Assembly: GCA_963829965.1 (NCBI GenBank)
Contig: CAWHLK010000035.1
Location: 54,887 to 118,886 of the forward strand
Length of the DNA stretch: 64,000 nt
Origin: an uncultured archaeon
GTDB taxonomy: Bacteria; Armatimonadota; Fimbriimonadia; Fimbriimonadales; Fimbriimonadaceae
Reading direction: 5' to 3'
Part shown: piece by piece, positions 19,458 through 29,716 of the stretch
How positions within the stretch are numbered: the stretch's first letter is position 1
Layout: each line of letters begins with the position of its first letter
Made by a program: the position numbers and the translations under genes
The notes under the pieces: model-generated
Database searches by the model: none
What the model saw: the letters and a program-made list of their open reading frames with translations, nothing else
What the model was told of the DNA's origin: nothing

Positions 19458-20660
19458 ATGCCAAGCGAAGATATCAAGTCCATGGAAGAGCGCTATTTTC
19501 TTCACACCTACAAGCGGATGCCCGGCGTGTACGTGCGTGGTGAAGGCTGTTATCTTTGGGACGAGGATGGGAAGAAGTATCTCGATTTCCTCGCCGGAAT
19601 CGCGGTCTGCCAACTCGGCCACTGCCACCCGGCAGTGGTAAAGGCGCTGATCGACCAGGCGCAGACCTTGATGCACACTTCCAACTATCTGGTCTCGCCC
19701 ACGCAGGTAAGGCTCGCAGCCAAGCTCTGCGAGATCAGCGGAATGGAAAAGGTGTTCTACGCGGTGGATGGCACCACCGCCAACGAAGCCGCCCTCAAGA
19801 TCGCCAAAAAGCACGGCTTAAGCAAACGCCCGAACGGCGATTACGAGATCATTTCCCTCAACAACAGTTTCCACGGGCGCTCGCTGGGCAGTTTGTCCGC
19901 CACCGCCCAGGCCCGCTACCAGGACCAGTTCAAGCCGCTGATCCCGGGATTTGTGCATACTCCGGTGAACGATATCGCCGCCCTCCAGAAGGTCTTCTCG
20001 GAAAAGACTGCAGCCATTACCATGGAGCCGATCCAGGGCGAAGGCGGCGTCATGCCGGTCACTCCCGAGTTCGCTTTAGAAGCCAAGAGACTCTGCGAGA
20101 AGTACGACGCGCTCTTTATCTGCGATGAAGTTCAGGCCGGCATCGGCCGAACCGGCAAGTGGTTCTGCTACCAGCACTGGGGAATCCTGCCTGACATCGT
20201 TTGCGTGGCCAAGGCGCTGGGCGGCGGAGTTCCGGTGGGCGCTTGCTTGACCCAGGGCAAGGCAAACGACGTCTTCACCTACGGCGACCACGGCAGCACC
20301 TTTTCCGGAAGCCCGATCTCCACTTGCACGGGGCTGGCTGTTCTCGAAACCATCGAGCGCGAGAACCTTATGGAGAACGCGGTGGCGATGGGCGATTTGC
20401 TCGTCAAGTCGTTCAAGGAGTTTGGACCCGTGGTTGCCGAAGTTCGGGGAATGGGCTTGATGGTCGGCATAAGGCTTGCCGAGCCGATTGCGCGAGACGT
20501 AGTTGCGAAGGCTTTGGAGTTGGGACTCATTACGAACGCGACGGACGAATACACGCTGCGTTTGATTCCACCACTCACCGTCACGAAAGAACAGGTCCAG
20601 GAAGCAATGGCAATCTACGCGGCGGCGCTGGCTGTAAAAGAGCCGGTACATGCTGGATAA
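19458..20660 (+). CDS. argD: acetylornithine aminotransferase (class III PLP aminotransferase)
   Basis: 400 aa; whole-length match to the ArgD/class-III aminotransferase family. Confidence 0.8.
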   Translation: MPSEDIKSMEERYFLHTYKRMPGVYVRGEGCYLWDEDGKKYLDFLAGIAVCQLGHCHPAVVKALIDQAQTLMHTSNYLVSPTQVRLAAKLCEISGMEKVFYAVDGTTANEAALKIAKKHGLSKRPNGDYEIISLNNSFHGRSLGSLSATAQARYQDQFKPLIPGFVHTPVNDIAALQKVFSEKTAAITMEPIQGEGGVMPVTPEFALEAKRLCEKYDALFICDEVQAGIGRTGKWFCYQHWGILPDIVCVAKALGGGVPVGACLTQGKANDVFTYGDHGSTFSGSPISTCTGLAVLETIERENLMENAVAMGDLLVKSFKEFGPVVAEVRGMGLMVGIRLAEPIARDVVAKALELGLITNATDEYTLRLIPPLTVTKEQVQEAMAIYAAALAVKEPVHAG

Positions 20661-20730
20661 AAAGTGTGAAGTATTGAGTGTTCAGGGTGCAGCGTTCAGT
20701 CGGACCTCAACACGCAAAACCCAACACTTT

Positions 20731-21525
20731 TTACGAGTTTGCGCTCACAACCGGCGCCCCAGCCTGCGCGCCGCCCTTTTTCTTTGAAATCCTCGCCGCA
20801 CTCAGCACAAAAATGAGTCCGCCCGTCATATCCAGGCATCCGTCCCAGAAGGAAACCGTCCGGTCGGCGAAGCCTGTTTGGCGGATTTCGTTGAACGCCG
20901 CGTGCATCAGCACTGCGGTCAACCCCAAAATAACCGCCTTCCGCGCCGCGCCGCCCTTAACCGCGGCCTTAAAGGCGAACAGTCCGAGCGCTCCGTAAAA
21001 CAGAACGTGCAAGACCTTCCGAACATACAGGCCGATCGATTGGGGATCTTCGCCGTCCAGATAGGAGAACTTCAGGAAGCCAACCACCATATGGTGGGGA
21101 GCGCTGGTGGAGCTGCTAAAGAAGGCGATGAGCCAACCGCAAATGAACAAGGGCAATAACCCCAGCAACACCGGTCGCAATTGGGGCATTTTCCGATAGA
21201 AGGACAAAACCGCGCCCAGCGAAACAAGCGCGGCAAGGCCGATTCCTGCAAAAACCATTTGGAACACAAAGGTCTTGATCGTGCCAATCGGTTCAGGGTT
21301 GGACGCCAGCCACAGAAAGAGGAAAGTAAATCCGTAAGCCCCAATAACCGTGAGTTTGGGATCAAGCTGGGCCAGCGCAGGAAGTTGAAATAGCCAAAAG
21401 CCAAAGAGCAAGAACAGGCACCACACCCAGACTGGATTTTCGCCAAGATAGCCAAAAACCGCGGTTCCACCGAACGCGAGGAGGAACCCTACGCCAAATG
21501 TCAAAAATGTTGCCCAACGACTCAC
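20731..21525 (-). CDS. polytopic membrane protein (VanZ-like?)
   Basis: 6 or more TM helices; GTG start overlapping surE stop (GTGA). Confidence 0.45.
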   Translation of the reverse strand: MSRWATFLTFGVGFLLAFGGTAVFGYLGENPVWVWCLFLLFGFWLFQLPALAQLDPKLTVIGAYGFTFLFLWLASNPEPIGTIKTFVFQMVFAGIGLAALVSLGAVLSFYRKMPQLRPVLLGLLPLFICGWLIAFFSSSTSAPHHMVVGFLKFSYLDGEDPQSIGLYVRKVLHVLFYGALGLFAFKAAVKGGAARKAVILGLTAVLMHAAFNEIRQTGFADRTVSFWDGCLDMTGGLIFVLSAARISKKKGGAQAGAPVVSANS

Positions 21526-22298
21526 TTGTTTAGATGACGCCGGTGCATGAACTTTTGGATTTCCTCGGCGTGGCTGTAATCGGTCCAATCGATGGTGATC
21601 GGAGTAATGGCGACATATCCCATGTTGACGGCTTCCACATCGGTTCCCGGCTGGTCCGGATCCATCACGACGACACCCCCCTGCCAGTAATACGGGCGGT
21701 TCCAGGGGTCGTGTCGCAACTCAACCCGGTCTTCATACACTCTTTTGCCCATGGCGACCACTTTGAACCCTTGGATCTCGGGAAACGCGATGCTCGGGAC
21801 ATTGATGTTTAAGAACGTTAGCGGTTTGTAGGGCGCTTCCACCACCAGTGGCCAGTTTTCGTCCAGCCATTTTGAAGCCGTTTCGTAGTGGATCGGCGCG
21901 CCGGTAGCGAAGCATGCGACCGAAAGGGCAATGGACCGGATGCCGTTGATCGCGCCTTCCATCGCCCCGCCCGCCGTGCCCGAATAGGTGACGTCGAAGC
22001 CAAGATTCGGGCCGCTGTTGAAACCGCTCAGCACGAGGTCGCAGCCATCCGGCCATGCCAAAGTCAGACCAACATTGACGCAGTCGACCGGCGTCCCGTC
22101 CACCTCGAAAGCCTCCAAGCCATCGAGACAAACCGGTTTTGCGCGGAGTGGATTGTGCATCGTCATGGAATGCCCACATCCGCTGCGCTCATGATCCGGC
22201 GCGACGAGTTTGACTTCGCCATACTTCCGGGCCACGCTGGCCAATTCAAGAAGTCCGGCTGCGCGGATGCCGTCGTCGTTCGTGATGAGAATTCGCAT
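21522..22298 (-). CDS. surE: 5'/3'-nucleotidase SurE
   Basis: MRILITNDDGI...DHERSG... canonical SurE N-terminus and length. Confidence 0.9.
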   Translation of the reverse strand: MRILITNDDGIRAAGLLELASVARKYGEVKLVAPDHERSGCGHSMTMHNPLRAKPVCLDGLEAFEVDGTPVDCVNVGLTLAWPDGCDLVLSGFNSGPNLGFDVTYSGTAGGAMEGAINGIRSIALSVACFATGAPIHYETASKWLDENWPLVVEAPYKPLTFLNINVPSIAFPEIQGFKVVAMGKRVYEDRVELRHDPWNRPYYWQGGVVVMDPDQPGTDVEAVNMGYVAITPITIDWTDYSHAEEIQKFMHRRHLNK

Positions 22299-22377
22299 TC
22301 GTTCTTGACTACTACCCTTATTTCAACTTTGGAATCTCAATTCATTCTCATATGCGTACGATTAAATGGAAATCGCC

Positions 22378-22929
22378 ATGAAGAGAATCGTCCCAATGCT
22401 CTGCATAATGACGCTCGGCTGCCTCGCAACGGCGCAATCGGTAACCCCAGATGTGGCCGCTTTCATTCGGCAGTTTTCCTTTGCCGCCACCCGTGTGGAT
22501 ATGAAGCCGAATGACAAAGGCGAACTCCCGCACTTGAGAGACCTAAGCAAGACGCTGCTGGATCTTGCCAAGACCAAGGATACGACCCTTGCCGAGGCTT
22601 TTCCTTTGCTCGATAAGAATGAGAGCACGGGGAGGCTGGTTGCCGGGGATTTGCTGTTTCTTTTGATGTTCCAACTGCCCGACAGCACCGATTGGTCCAA
22701 GCCCGAGAATATGGCGCTACGGAATGTCCTTGCCCCTCCTTCCGGCGAGGTTGCCGCAGGTTCAGACAAAGCTTATTGGCCGTGGATCGACGATGGCCAG
22801 GAACAGTGGCATCTGGGACCGTTTCGAATAGCGCCTGGCTCGTGGGACAAGAGCTTGGCCGCGCGGTACACGAAGCTGCGAGCAAAGTACAAGCGGAGAC
22901 TCTGGATTACGGGGTCGGACACCGATTAA
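22378..22929 (+). CDS. secreted hypothetical protein
   Basis: signal peptide MKRIVPMLCIMTLGCLATAQS. Confidence 0.5.
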   Translation: MKRIVPMLCIMTLGCLATAQSVTPDVAAFIRQFSFAATRVDMKPNDKGELPHLRDLSKTLLDLAKTKDTTLAEAFPLLDKNESTGRLVAGDLLFLLMFQLPDSTDWSKPENMALRNVLAPPSGEVAAGSDKAYWPWIDDGQEQWHLGPFRIAPGSWDKSLAARYTKLRAKYKRRLWITGSDTD

Positions 22930-22976
22930 CGTTCTGCTCACGGGGGTACTACGTCTCAACACCGATTAGAGGAATC

Positions 22977-23297
22977 ATGGCAAACACTTTCGGCGCCGAC
23001 ATCATCATTCAAACCCCGGACCCGGAGGAAGCGGCCCGGTTCTACGTGGAACACCTCGGCTTCGAGGTCACCGACGACGACCCCAACATGATCAGTCTCG
23101 AAGGGGACAACATCAACATGTACATCGAACGCGGCCCAACGCTTGGCCCCGTATTTGAGGTCACCGTAAGGAATGTGGAAGAGGCCAAGTCCAGGCTCAT
23201 CAAAAACGGATGCAAGGTCATTAAAGACGAGCCGGACTTTCCGAGATGCTACGTGATGGATTCCTATGGCGTGGCTTATAATCTTCTGGAAGGTTAA
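22977..23297 (+). CDS. VOC/glyoxalase-family protein
   Basis: IIIQTPDPEEAARFYVEHLGFEV glyoxalase fold N-terminal motif; GAGGAATCATG RBS. Confidence 0.65.
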   Translation: MANTFGADIIIQTPDPEEAARFYVEHLGFEVTDDDPNMISLEGDNINMYIERGPTLGPVFEVTVRNVEEAKSRLIKNGCKVIKDEPDFPRCYVMDSYGVAYNLLEG

Positions 23298-23349
23298 CTC
23301 CCAGGCCAAACGGCCCACTGCGGTTAAACGACCATTACAATAAACCCTA

Positions 23350-24459
23350 ATGGTCTCCCGCACCTTCGCGCTCATCGCAGTGGCTTCCGCCCTTATTAGC
23401 TTGGGTTGTAAAGGTCAGTCTCAGCAGTCCTCCAGCGCCACCCGACCGTTTCACATGGGTTTCACGCCATGGCCGGCAGACTTGACACCAGAGGGCGTTC
23501 AGGCTGCCGTCAACTTCGCCCACACGAACGGAGATATCGTCTCCATCATGATGATTGGCGGTATTCCGTGGCAGGAAGCATTGGACGGCAAAGATTTCTC
23601 GCATGATGTTCAGGGGCTCCTCGCCTACCGCCCGCCGGAAGGGAAGAAGTTCTTCGTTTCGATTTCGCCGCTGAATATGGTCAGGGATGGCATGGCCCCT
23701 TACTGGGGAGAGCATGACAATATGCCGCTGCCGCCGGACTGGGCCAATCTGGCCCTCAACGACCCGAAAGTGAAAAAAGCCTATCTCAACTTTTGCCTCC
23801 GCGTGGTGGACGCCATGCATCCCGACTATCTCGCGATTGGAATCGAAGATAACGTGCTGCTCAGCAAGAACCCCGCGAAGTGGGCTGAACTGAAGGAACT
23901 CCACCGCGAAACCTATCAAAGTCTAAAGCAGAAATATCCGAAGCTGCCCCTGTTCTTCACTACCGACGTCGGCCATTACTTGAAGTTCGCCAACGACTCC
24001 AAAAACTCCGACCAAGAGAAAGAAGTCGGAGAAATGATGGCCTACAGCGACATGTTCGGGATGAGCTTCTATCCCTACATGAACATCGATTTCAGCCAAG
24101 GAACCGCGCCCGGCTTCCTGGACTTCGCCCGGAAATTCCAAAAGCCGATAGCCGTCTCTGAGTCGGGAATGACCTCTCGCGACGTGACCCTAACCTCGTA
24201 CAACGTGACCCTTAGAGGTTCTGAAGACCAGCAAAAGCAATTCGAAGACTTCCTGCTCGGCACGGCAACCCGCGACCGATACGAGTTCGTGATCAACTTC
24301 GCGACAACCGATTTCGAAAAGCTGGTAGCAAGACTCCCCGCGCCAACCAACGAACTGTCCTTAATCTGGGCCTACACGGGAATGCAAACGAGCGCACTCA
24401 CCCCCAAACCGGCAATGGCGACCTGGGAGAAGTATTTCAAAAAGCCATACGCGCGGTAG
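23350..24459 (+). CDS. lipoprotein, putative TIM-barrel glycoside hydrolase-like
   Basis: lipobox LISLGC; IGIEDN and ISESGM motifs reminiscent of retaining glycosidase acid and nucleophile strands; family not assignable. Confidence 0.4.
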   Translation: MVSRTFALIAVASALISLGCKGQSQQSSSATRPFHMGFTPWPADLTPEGVQAAVNFAHTNGDIVSIMMIGGIPWQEALDGKDFSHDVQGLLAYRPPEGKKFFVSISPLNMVRDGMAPYWGEHDNMPLPPDWANLALNDPKVKKAYLNFCLRVVDAMHPDYLAIGIEDNVLLSKNPAKWAELKELHRETYQSLKQKYPKLPLFFTTDVGHYLKFANDSKNSDQEKEVGEMMAYSDMFGMSFYPYMNIDFSQGTAPGFLDFARKFQKPIAVSESGMTSRDVTLTSYNVTLRGSEDQQKQFEDFLLGTATRDRYEFVINFATTDFEKLVARLPAPTNELSLIWAYTGMQTSALTPKPAMATWEKYFKKPYAR

Positions 24460-24555
24460 TTCTATTGTGCGCCGTTTCGGTACCGTCATCGGTTCGGGCT
24501 CCTTTTTAATATTACGACGCCTGCCTCAAACGCTTCCTGGGCCATACTTCACCCT

Positions 24556-25314
24556 ATGATTCACGTGAAAACGGAGGGCCCGGTTTGCTACGTCACCCTG
24601 AACCGTCCCGAAGTCCGCAATGCGTTCAACGATGAACTGATTGCTCTGCTGACTACCACTTTCGAAAACCTGGATTCCACCATAAGAGCGGTGGTGCTCG
24701 CCGGCGAAGGGAAGGCATTCTGCGCAGGCGGCGACTTGGAGTGGATGAAGCGCGCGGCAAGTTACACCCACGAAAGGAACTATGAAGACGCCCTGAAACT
24801 GGCCACCCTCTTCAAAGTAATCGCGGAATGCAAGCCGGTAGTTATCGCCAAGGTCCACGGCGCGGCCTTCGGCGGAGGGTGCGGGCTTGTCGCGGCAAGC
24901 GATGTTGCCGTCGCTTCCGAAGAAGCGACTTTCGCCTTTTCGGAAGTGCGTCTAGGCCTCATTCCCGGCACTATTTCAGCCTGTGTCATTCCCAAGATCG
25001 GGGAGGGGCATGCGCGAGCCCTGTTTACAACTGGAGAAGCGTTCGACGCGGAAAAGGCACTGAGAATCGGCCTTGTTCACGACATCGGAAAGCCGGAAGA
25101 GCTTGACGGCTTGATCAAGGCCAAGCTGAAGGCGGTTCTAAGCGCAGGCCCCGGTGCTGTTGTACTTGCCAGGCAGCTGGTCTTTGATAGCCCGCTGACC
25201 CTCGCCGAATGCGCCAAACGGTTGGGCGCGGCAAGGGCAAGCGAGGAAGGCCGGGAAGGCGTGGCCGCCTTCTTGGAGAGGCGAAAGGCTTCCTTCGTTG
25301 CGGAGACCGAATGA
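24556..25314 (+). CDS. enoyl-CoA hydratase/isomerase (crotonase superfamily)
   Basis: FCAGGDL oxyanion-hole motif; ATGA overlap with following biotin carboxylase gene. Confidence 0.8.
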   Translation: MIHVKTEGPVCYVTLNRPEVRNAFNDELIALLTTTFENLDSTIRAVVLAGEGKAFCAGGDLEWMKRAASYTHERNYEDALKLATLFKVIAECKPVVIAKVHGAAFGGGCGLVAASDVAVASEEATFAFSEVRLGLIPGTISACVIPKIGEGHARALFTTGEAFDAEKALRIGLVHDIGKPEELDGLIKAKLKAVLSAGPGAVVLARQLVFDSPLTLAECAKRLGAARASEEGREGVAAFLERRKASFVAETE

Positions 25315-26801
25315 AGAAACTTCTCATCGCCAACCGCGCAGAGATCGCGGTGAGGGTCATCAGGGCTGCCCGGGAAAAGGGCATTTGGACGATCGCCGTC
25401 TATAGCGAGGCCGACAAATACGCCCTCCATGTAGCACTGGCCGATGAGGCAGTCCCCATCGGCGCCTCAGAGCCAAGCGAAAGCTATCTCTCCATCCCCA
25501 AAATCATTCAAGCCGCAAAAGAAACCGGCGCGGATGCGATTCACCCAGGGTACGGTTTCCTGTCCGAGCGGGCAGAGTTCGCTGAAGCCTGTGAAACCAA
25601 CGGAGTCAAGTTCGTGGGGCCAAGCGCGGCGGCCATGCGCGCCCTTGGGGCAAAGATCGACGCCAAGCGAATTGCGGTGGAAGCGGGTGTGCCCATCACG
25701 CCCGGCTTCTTCGAACGCGGCGCAAGCGCCAACCAGCTAAAAGAGGCGGCGGACAAAATCGGGTACCCGGTGATGCTCAAGGCCTCAGCCGGCGGCGGCG
25801 GACGCGGCATGCGCGTAGTTCGCGACTCCGAGGACTTCATCAACGAACTGGAACTTGCCTCCGACGAAGCTCTCAAGGCATTTGGAAACGGGGAGATGAT
25901 GGTGGAGAAGCTGATCGAAAACCCGCGCCACATCGAGGTGCAAATCCTTGCCGACGCCCACGGCCGGGTGGCGTGCCTTTTCGAGCGCGAATGCTCTCTC
26001 CAGCGAAGGCACCAAAAGCTGGTGGAGGAGGCGCCATCGCCCGTGGGCGCTCCAATCTGGGATCAACTCCGCAACAGCGTCTCCGCCCTGGTCAAGGCCA
26101 GCGGCTACACAAACGCCGGCACCGCCGAGTTCATGTTCGACCAACAAAGCGGCAAATTCTATTTCCTGGAAGTAAATGCCAGGCTTCAAGTGGAGCACCC
26201 GGTCACCGAAGCCGTGACCGGTCTTGACCTCGTTCAATGGCAACTAAGAATCGCGGACGGGGAACTTTTGGAGCTTCCGGAAGCGCTGCTGAACGGAGAC
26301 AGAAAGGCCGCAAGGGGCCACGCGATAGAGGCAAGAATCGTCGCTGAAGACCCTGCACAGGGTTTCCGTCCCTCGATTGGCAAGATCACTGCTTGGGCGG
26401 AGCCCAAGGGGCCAGGAATTAGAGTCGACACCGGCTACGGCCCCGGCGCCGAAGTTTCACGTTATTATGATTCCCTCATCGCCAAGGTCATCGCCTTTGC
26501 CGAAACGCGAGAAGGCGCCATTCGGCGATTGGAGTCCGCCTTGATGGATTTTCACATTCTCGGCGTGAAAACCAACATCGCCTATCTCCTAGATGTCATT
26601 CGGCACGAGGGCTTTAGAGAAGGACAAATCGATACCGGTTTCCTGGAACGAAAGTTCAGCTCATGGAGCCCATCAATGGATATTCCCCCGGAGTTAGGCT
26701 CAATCCTGGCTTTTTCCGGAAGCGCGATAGCTGGGACTGTCTCACCGGATTTCCGCACGAAAGGCGCCTGGGAGGCAGATGACGGCTTCCGCGTCGTTTA
26801 G
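25311..26801 (+). CDS. biotin carboxylase subunit of an acyl-CoA carboxylase (no BCCP domain)
   Basis: MKKLLIANRAEIAVRVIRA, ATP-grasp GGGGRGMRVV, EVNARLQVEHPVTE motifs. Confidence 0.85.
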   Translation: MKKLLIANRAEIAVRVIRAAREKGIWTIAVYSEADKYALHVALADEAVPIGASEPSESYLSIPKIIQAAKETGADAIHPGYGFLSERAEFAEACETNGVKFVGPSAAAMRALGAKIDAKRIAVEAGVPITPGFFERGASANQLKEAADKIGYPVMLKASAGGGGRGMRVVRDSEDFINELELASDEALKAFGNGEMMVEKLIENPRHIEVQILADAHGRVACLFERECSLQRRHQKLVEEAPSPVGAPIWDQLRNSVSALVKASGYTNAGTAEFMFDQQSGKFYFLEVNARLQVEHPVTEAVTGLDLVQWQLRIADGELLELPEALLNGDRKAARGHAIEARIVAEDPAQGFRPSIGKITAWAEPKGPGIRVDTGYGPGAEVSRYYDSLIAKVIAFAETREGAIRRLESALMDFHILGVKTNIAYLLDVIRHEGFREGQIDTGFLERKFSSWSPSMDIPPELGSILAFSGSAIAGTVSPDFRTKGAWEADDGFRVV

Positions 26802-26818
26802 GGTGTCAGAATAGCGTA

Positions 26819-28609
26819 ATGGCCGCCGTTGCTCCATCGCCCCTCCCACGTTGGGACCTTTCCGCCGCATTTCCTTCTCTTGAATCGCCCGAGTTGGCTC
26901 AAGCAGTTGAGAAGCTGAAGTTAGATATTGAGGAGTTCGGGAAGGCCATCGGCCGGGCGGAAATGTTGAACCCCGAAGGGGCTAATGCCGATACAGTGAA
27001 CCTTGAGGAGCTGATCAAGCAATATAACGGCCTCACCTCCAGAATGCGAACGTTGGGTGCGTTCGTGCACGGCTTCGTGGCGGTTGACTCTCGCAACGAA
27101 CTTGCCCTCGCCAAAGACAGCGAGTTGGATCTGTTGTCGGTCCCATTTTCCCAGCATTCAACGCGGTTCACTTCCTGGATCGGAAAGTTGCCCCTCGAAG
27201 AAGTTCTTGCCAAGTCCGCCATCGCCAAAGACCATGAGTTCGCCTTGCGGAAGTCTCAGATTGCCGCACAGCATCTGATGTCGCCTGCCGAGGAAGCTCT
27301 TGCTGCCGAACTTTCGCCAACCGCTTTTGGCGGATGGTCAAAGCTTCACGGGCAGGTCACATCCCAGATCGATGTGACACTGGATTTGCACGGCGAAAAG
27401 CAGAACATGCCGATGAGCAAAGTGCGAACCCTCGCTTACGACCCCGACAGGAATATCCGCAAAGCTGCTTTTGAAGCCGAACTCAAGACTTGGAACGCAA
27501 ACGAAACCGCTCTGGCGGCTGCGCTGAACGGTGTCAAGGGAACCATCACGGTTTTGGCAAAGCGCCGCAACTGGGAATCGCCTTTGGACGAGGCCATTTT
27601 CGGCGCGAACATCGACCGCGAAACCCTGAACGCCATGATGCTTGCGGCCAAAGAAGCATTCCCCGACTTTCGGCGTTACCTCAATGCGAAAGCCAAGTTG
27701 CTCGGCATCAAGAAGCTCGCCTTCTTCGATCTATTTGCTCCTGTCGAGGGCGCGGACATGGAGTGGAGCTATGACGAAGGCGCGGCTTTCGTCTCAAAGA
27801 ACTTTCGAAAGTTTTCCGCCCGCCTTGCGGACTACGCGGACCGCGCATTCAACGAGAACTGGATCGACGTCGAGCCGCGGGCAGGGAAGCGGGATGGCGC
27901 GTTTTGCATGTGGCTTGTCGGCGACCAGTCACGCGTGCTGATGAACTACAAGCCCTCGTTTTCCAGCGTGAAAACGCTGGCCCACGAGCTTGGGCACGCC
28001 TACCATAACCTGTGTCTTACCGACCGAACCATGATGCAGCGCCGTACGCCCATGACCCTCGCGGAAACCGCGAGCATCTTCTGCGAGACGGTAATCGAAA
28101 ACGCGGCCCTCGCCGAAGCCAATAGCGCCCAAAAGCTCTTGATCCTCGAAGGCGGCTTACAAGGCGCATGCCAAGTAACGGTCGACATCGCGAGTCGATT
28201 TCTCTTTGAACAGGAGGTTTTCAAGGGGCGGGTAAAGCGGGAGCTGTCCGCCGGCGAGTTCTGCTCGCTCATGGAGGACGCGCAAAAGCAGACTTACGGC
28301 GACGGCCTGGACCCTGAGTATCTCCACCCCTATATGTGGGCAGTGAAGCCGCACTACTACTCGCGCTCTTTCTACAATTTCCCCTACATGTACGGCATGC
28401 TTTTCGGGCTCGGGCTCTATGCGCAGTACAGGCAAGACCCCGAGGCGTTCAAAGCGAAATACGACGATTTGCTTTCCTCAACCGGAATGGCGGACGCCTC
28501 GACGCTAGCACACCGGTTCGGCTTTGACGTTCGCACCCCGGATTTCTGGCGGAGCAGTTTCGATGTTATAAGGGAGAGAATCACGACGTTTGAAAAGAGT
28601 ATTGGCTAG
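26819..28609 (+). CDS. pepF: oligoendopeptidase F-like M3 metallopeptidase
   Basis: 596 aa; HELGHAYH zinc motif at M3B-typical position. Confidence 0.8.
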   Translation: MAAVAPSPLPRWDLSAAFPSLESPELAQAVEKLKLDIEEFGKAIGRAEMLNPEGANADTVNLEELIKQYNGLTSRMRTLGAFVHGFVAVDSRNELALAKDSELDLLSVPFSQHSTRFTSWIGKLPLEEVLAKSAIAKDHEFALRKSQIAAQHLMSPAEEALAAELSPTAFGGWSKLHGQVTSQIDVTLDLHGEKQNMPMSKVRTLAYDPDRNIRKAAFEAELKTWNANETALAAALNGVKGTITVLAKRRNWESPLDEAIFGANIDRETLNAMMLAAKEAFPDFRRYLNAKAKLLGIKKLAFFDLFAPVEGADMEWSYDEGAAFVSKNFRKFSARLADYADRAFNENWIDVEPRAGKRDGAFCMWLVGDQSRVLMNYKPSFSSVKTLAHELGHAYHNLCLTDRTMMQRRTPMTLAETASIFCETVIENAALAEANSAQKLLILEGGLQGACQVTVDIASRFLFEQEVFKGRVKRELSAGEFCSLMEDAQKQTYGDGLDPEYLHPYMWAVKPHYYSRSFYNFPYMYGMLFGLGLYAQYRQDPEAFKAKYDDLLSSTGMADASTLAHRFGFDVRTPDFWRSSFDVIRERITTFEKSIG

Positions 28610-28630
28610 GTAGCCAGCGGGAGTCTGTCC

Positions 28631-29710
28631 ATGATTCGTTTAGCTCGTTTCGCATTGGTGCTTCTGACCGTAATTTCCGTTGGTGCAGGCGTTGCTTTGG
28701 CTCAGACCAAGTTTCCACCAGCCTACGATAATACGGCAACGTACGCGCCGGGTGATCTTGTGACCGACTATGGCAACATCTATCGCTGCATCTCGGCGGT
28801 CACCAAGCCTTATCAGGACCCAACAATTTATTATTCGGAGTGGGAGCTCTTTCACGTCCGGAGCAATACGTCGATTATGGTGGGAGTTGACCAAACGTTC
28901 CCGACTCTTCAAGCAGCTTGGACCTACGCTCAGAATTGCACAATCGCCCAAGGGGCATATCTGCACTTCGACATCATCACCACCAAGGGCGATTATACGA
29001 TGGCTCTTCCAACTCAATTCTCGCTGGATCAACCCTGTGGCGCTAACATTTCGATCATTGGGGACAACGCGTTCAATATCCAAATTGGTGGTACAAGTGG
29101 CGCTACCACCAATGCATTCGCCCTCGACTCGAACCACACGTTTGGAAGCCTCACGAATCTAGGCATTAACGGGTCGGGGACGACGGTTGATGCAACTTCC
29201 GGATATGCCGTCTACACGAGCACCGGCGCGAGCATTTCAAATGTTTCCGGACTGATCATCACAAACTTCAACTATGGAGTTTACGCTGATTCTAACTCGA
29301 CCCAGAACATTGCTGCGAACGTGCTTATGACGGGTTGTCAATACGCGATCGGCTCAGCTCATGGCGCGCTTGTGAACGTAGCGACAGGGTGGACCAACAA
29401 GAGCGGCGGGCAAGCTTGTCTTGTTGCGTATTTTGGCGGAACCATTATTGCTCAAGGATGCGTGATCGCCAATTGGAGCCAGGGGCTTCAATTGGACTCT
29501 GATGCCAAGATTTTTGCCTATGAGTGCAACATTTCCAAATGCCAGGTCGGCGTTACGGCTTTGGTGAAATCGTTCGCAGAAGTAGGAAGTGGAAAATTTA
29601 GCGATAACACACTGGATCTGAATGTTACGGCAAGCAGCATTATCGACGCAGGTTTCGCTTCGTTCAAAACCCAATCAGCAGATAGCTACAGCTCCTACAT
29701 CTTCACCTAG
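28631..29710 (+). CDS. secreted protein: N-terminal CBM5/12-like module plus right-handed beta-helix (pectin-lyase-fold-like) body; paralog of 45651..46742
   Basis: signal peptide; YAPGDLVTDYGNIYRCI...EWEL resembles chitin-binding CBM5/12; repetitive N/G/T-rich rungs; about 45 percent identity with the paralog over the N-terminal 130 aa. Confidence 0.45.
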   Translation: MIRLARFALVLLTVISVGAGVALAQTKFPPAYDNTATYAPGDLVTDYGNIYRCISAVTKPYQDPTIYYSEWELFHVRSNTSIMVGVDQTFPTLQAAWTYAQNCTIAQGAYLHFDIITTKGDYTMALPTQFSLDQPCGANISIIGDNAFNIQIGGTSGATTNAFALDSNHTFGSLTNLGINGSGTTVDATSGYAVYTSTGASISNVSGLIITNFNYGVYADSNSTQNIAANVLMTGCQYAIGSAHGALVNVATGWTNKSGGQACLVAYFGGTIIAQGCVIANWSQGLQLDSDAKIFAYECNISKCQVGVTALVKSFAEVGSGKFSDNTLDLNVTASSIIDAGFASFKTQSADSYSSYIFT

Positions 29711-29716
29711 TTCAAC

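Noticed and set aside
19556-20677. Several 150-190-aa ORFs in alternate and antisense frames of argD
   Set aside because: Arg-rich GC-frame artefacts; argD frame has full-length family similarity.
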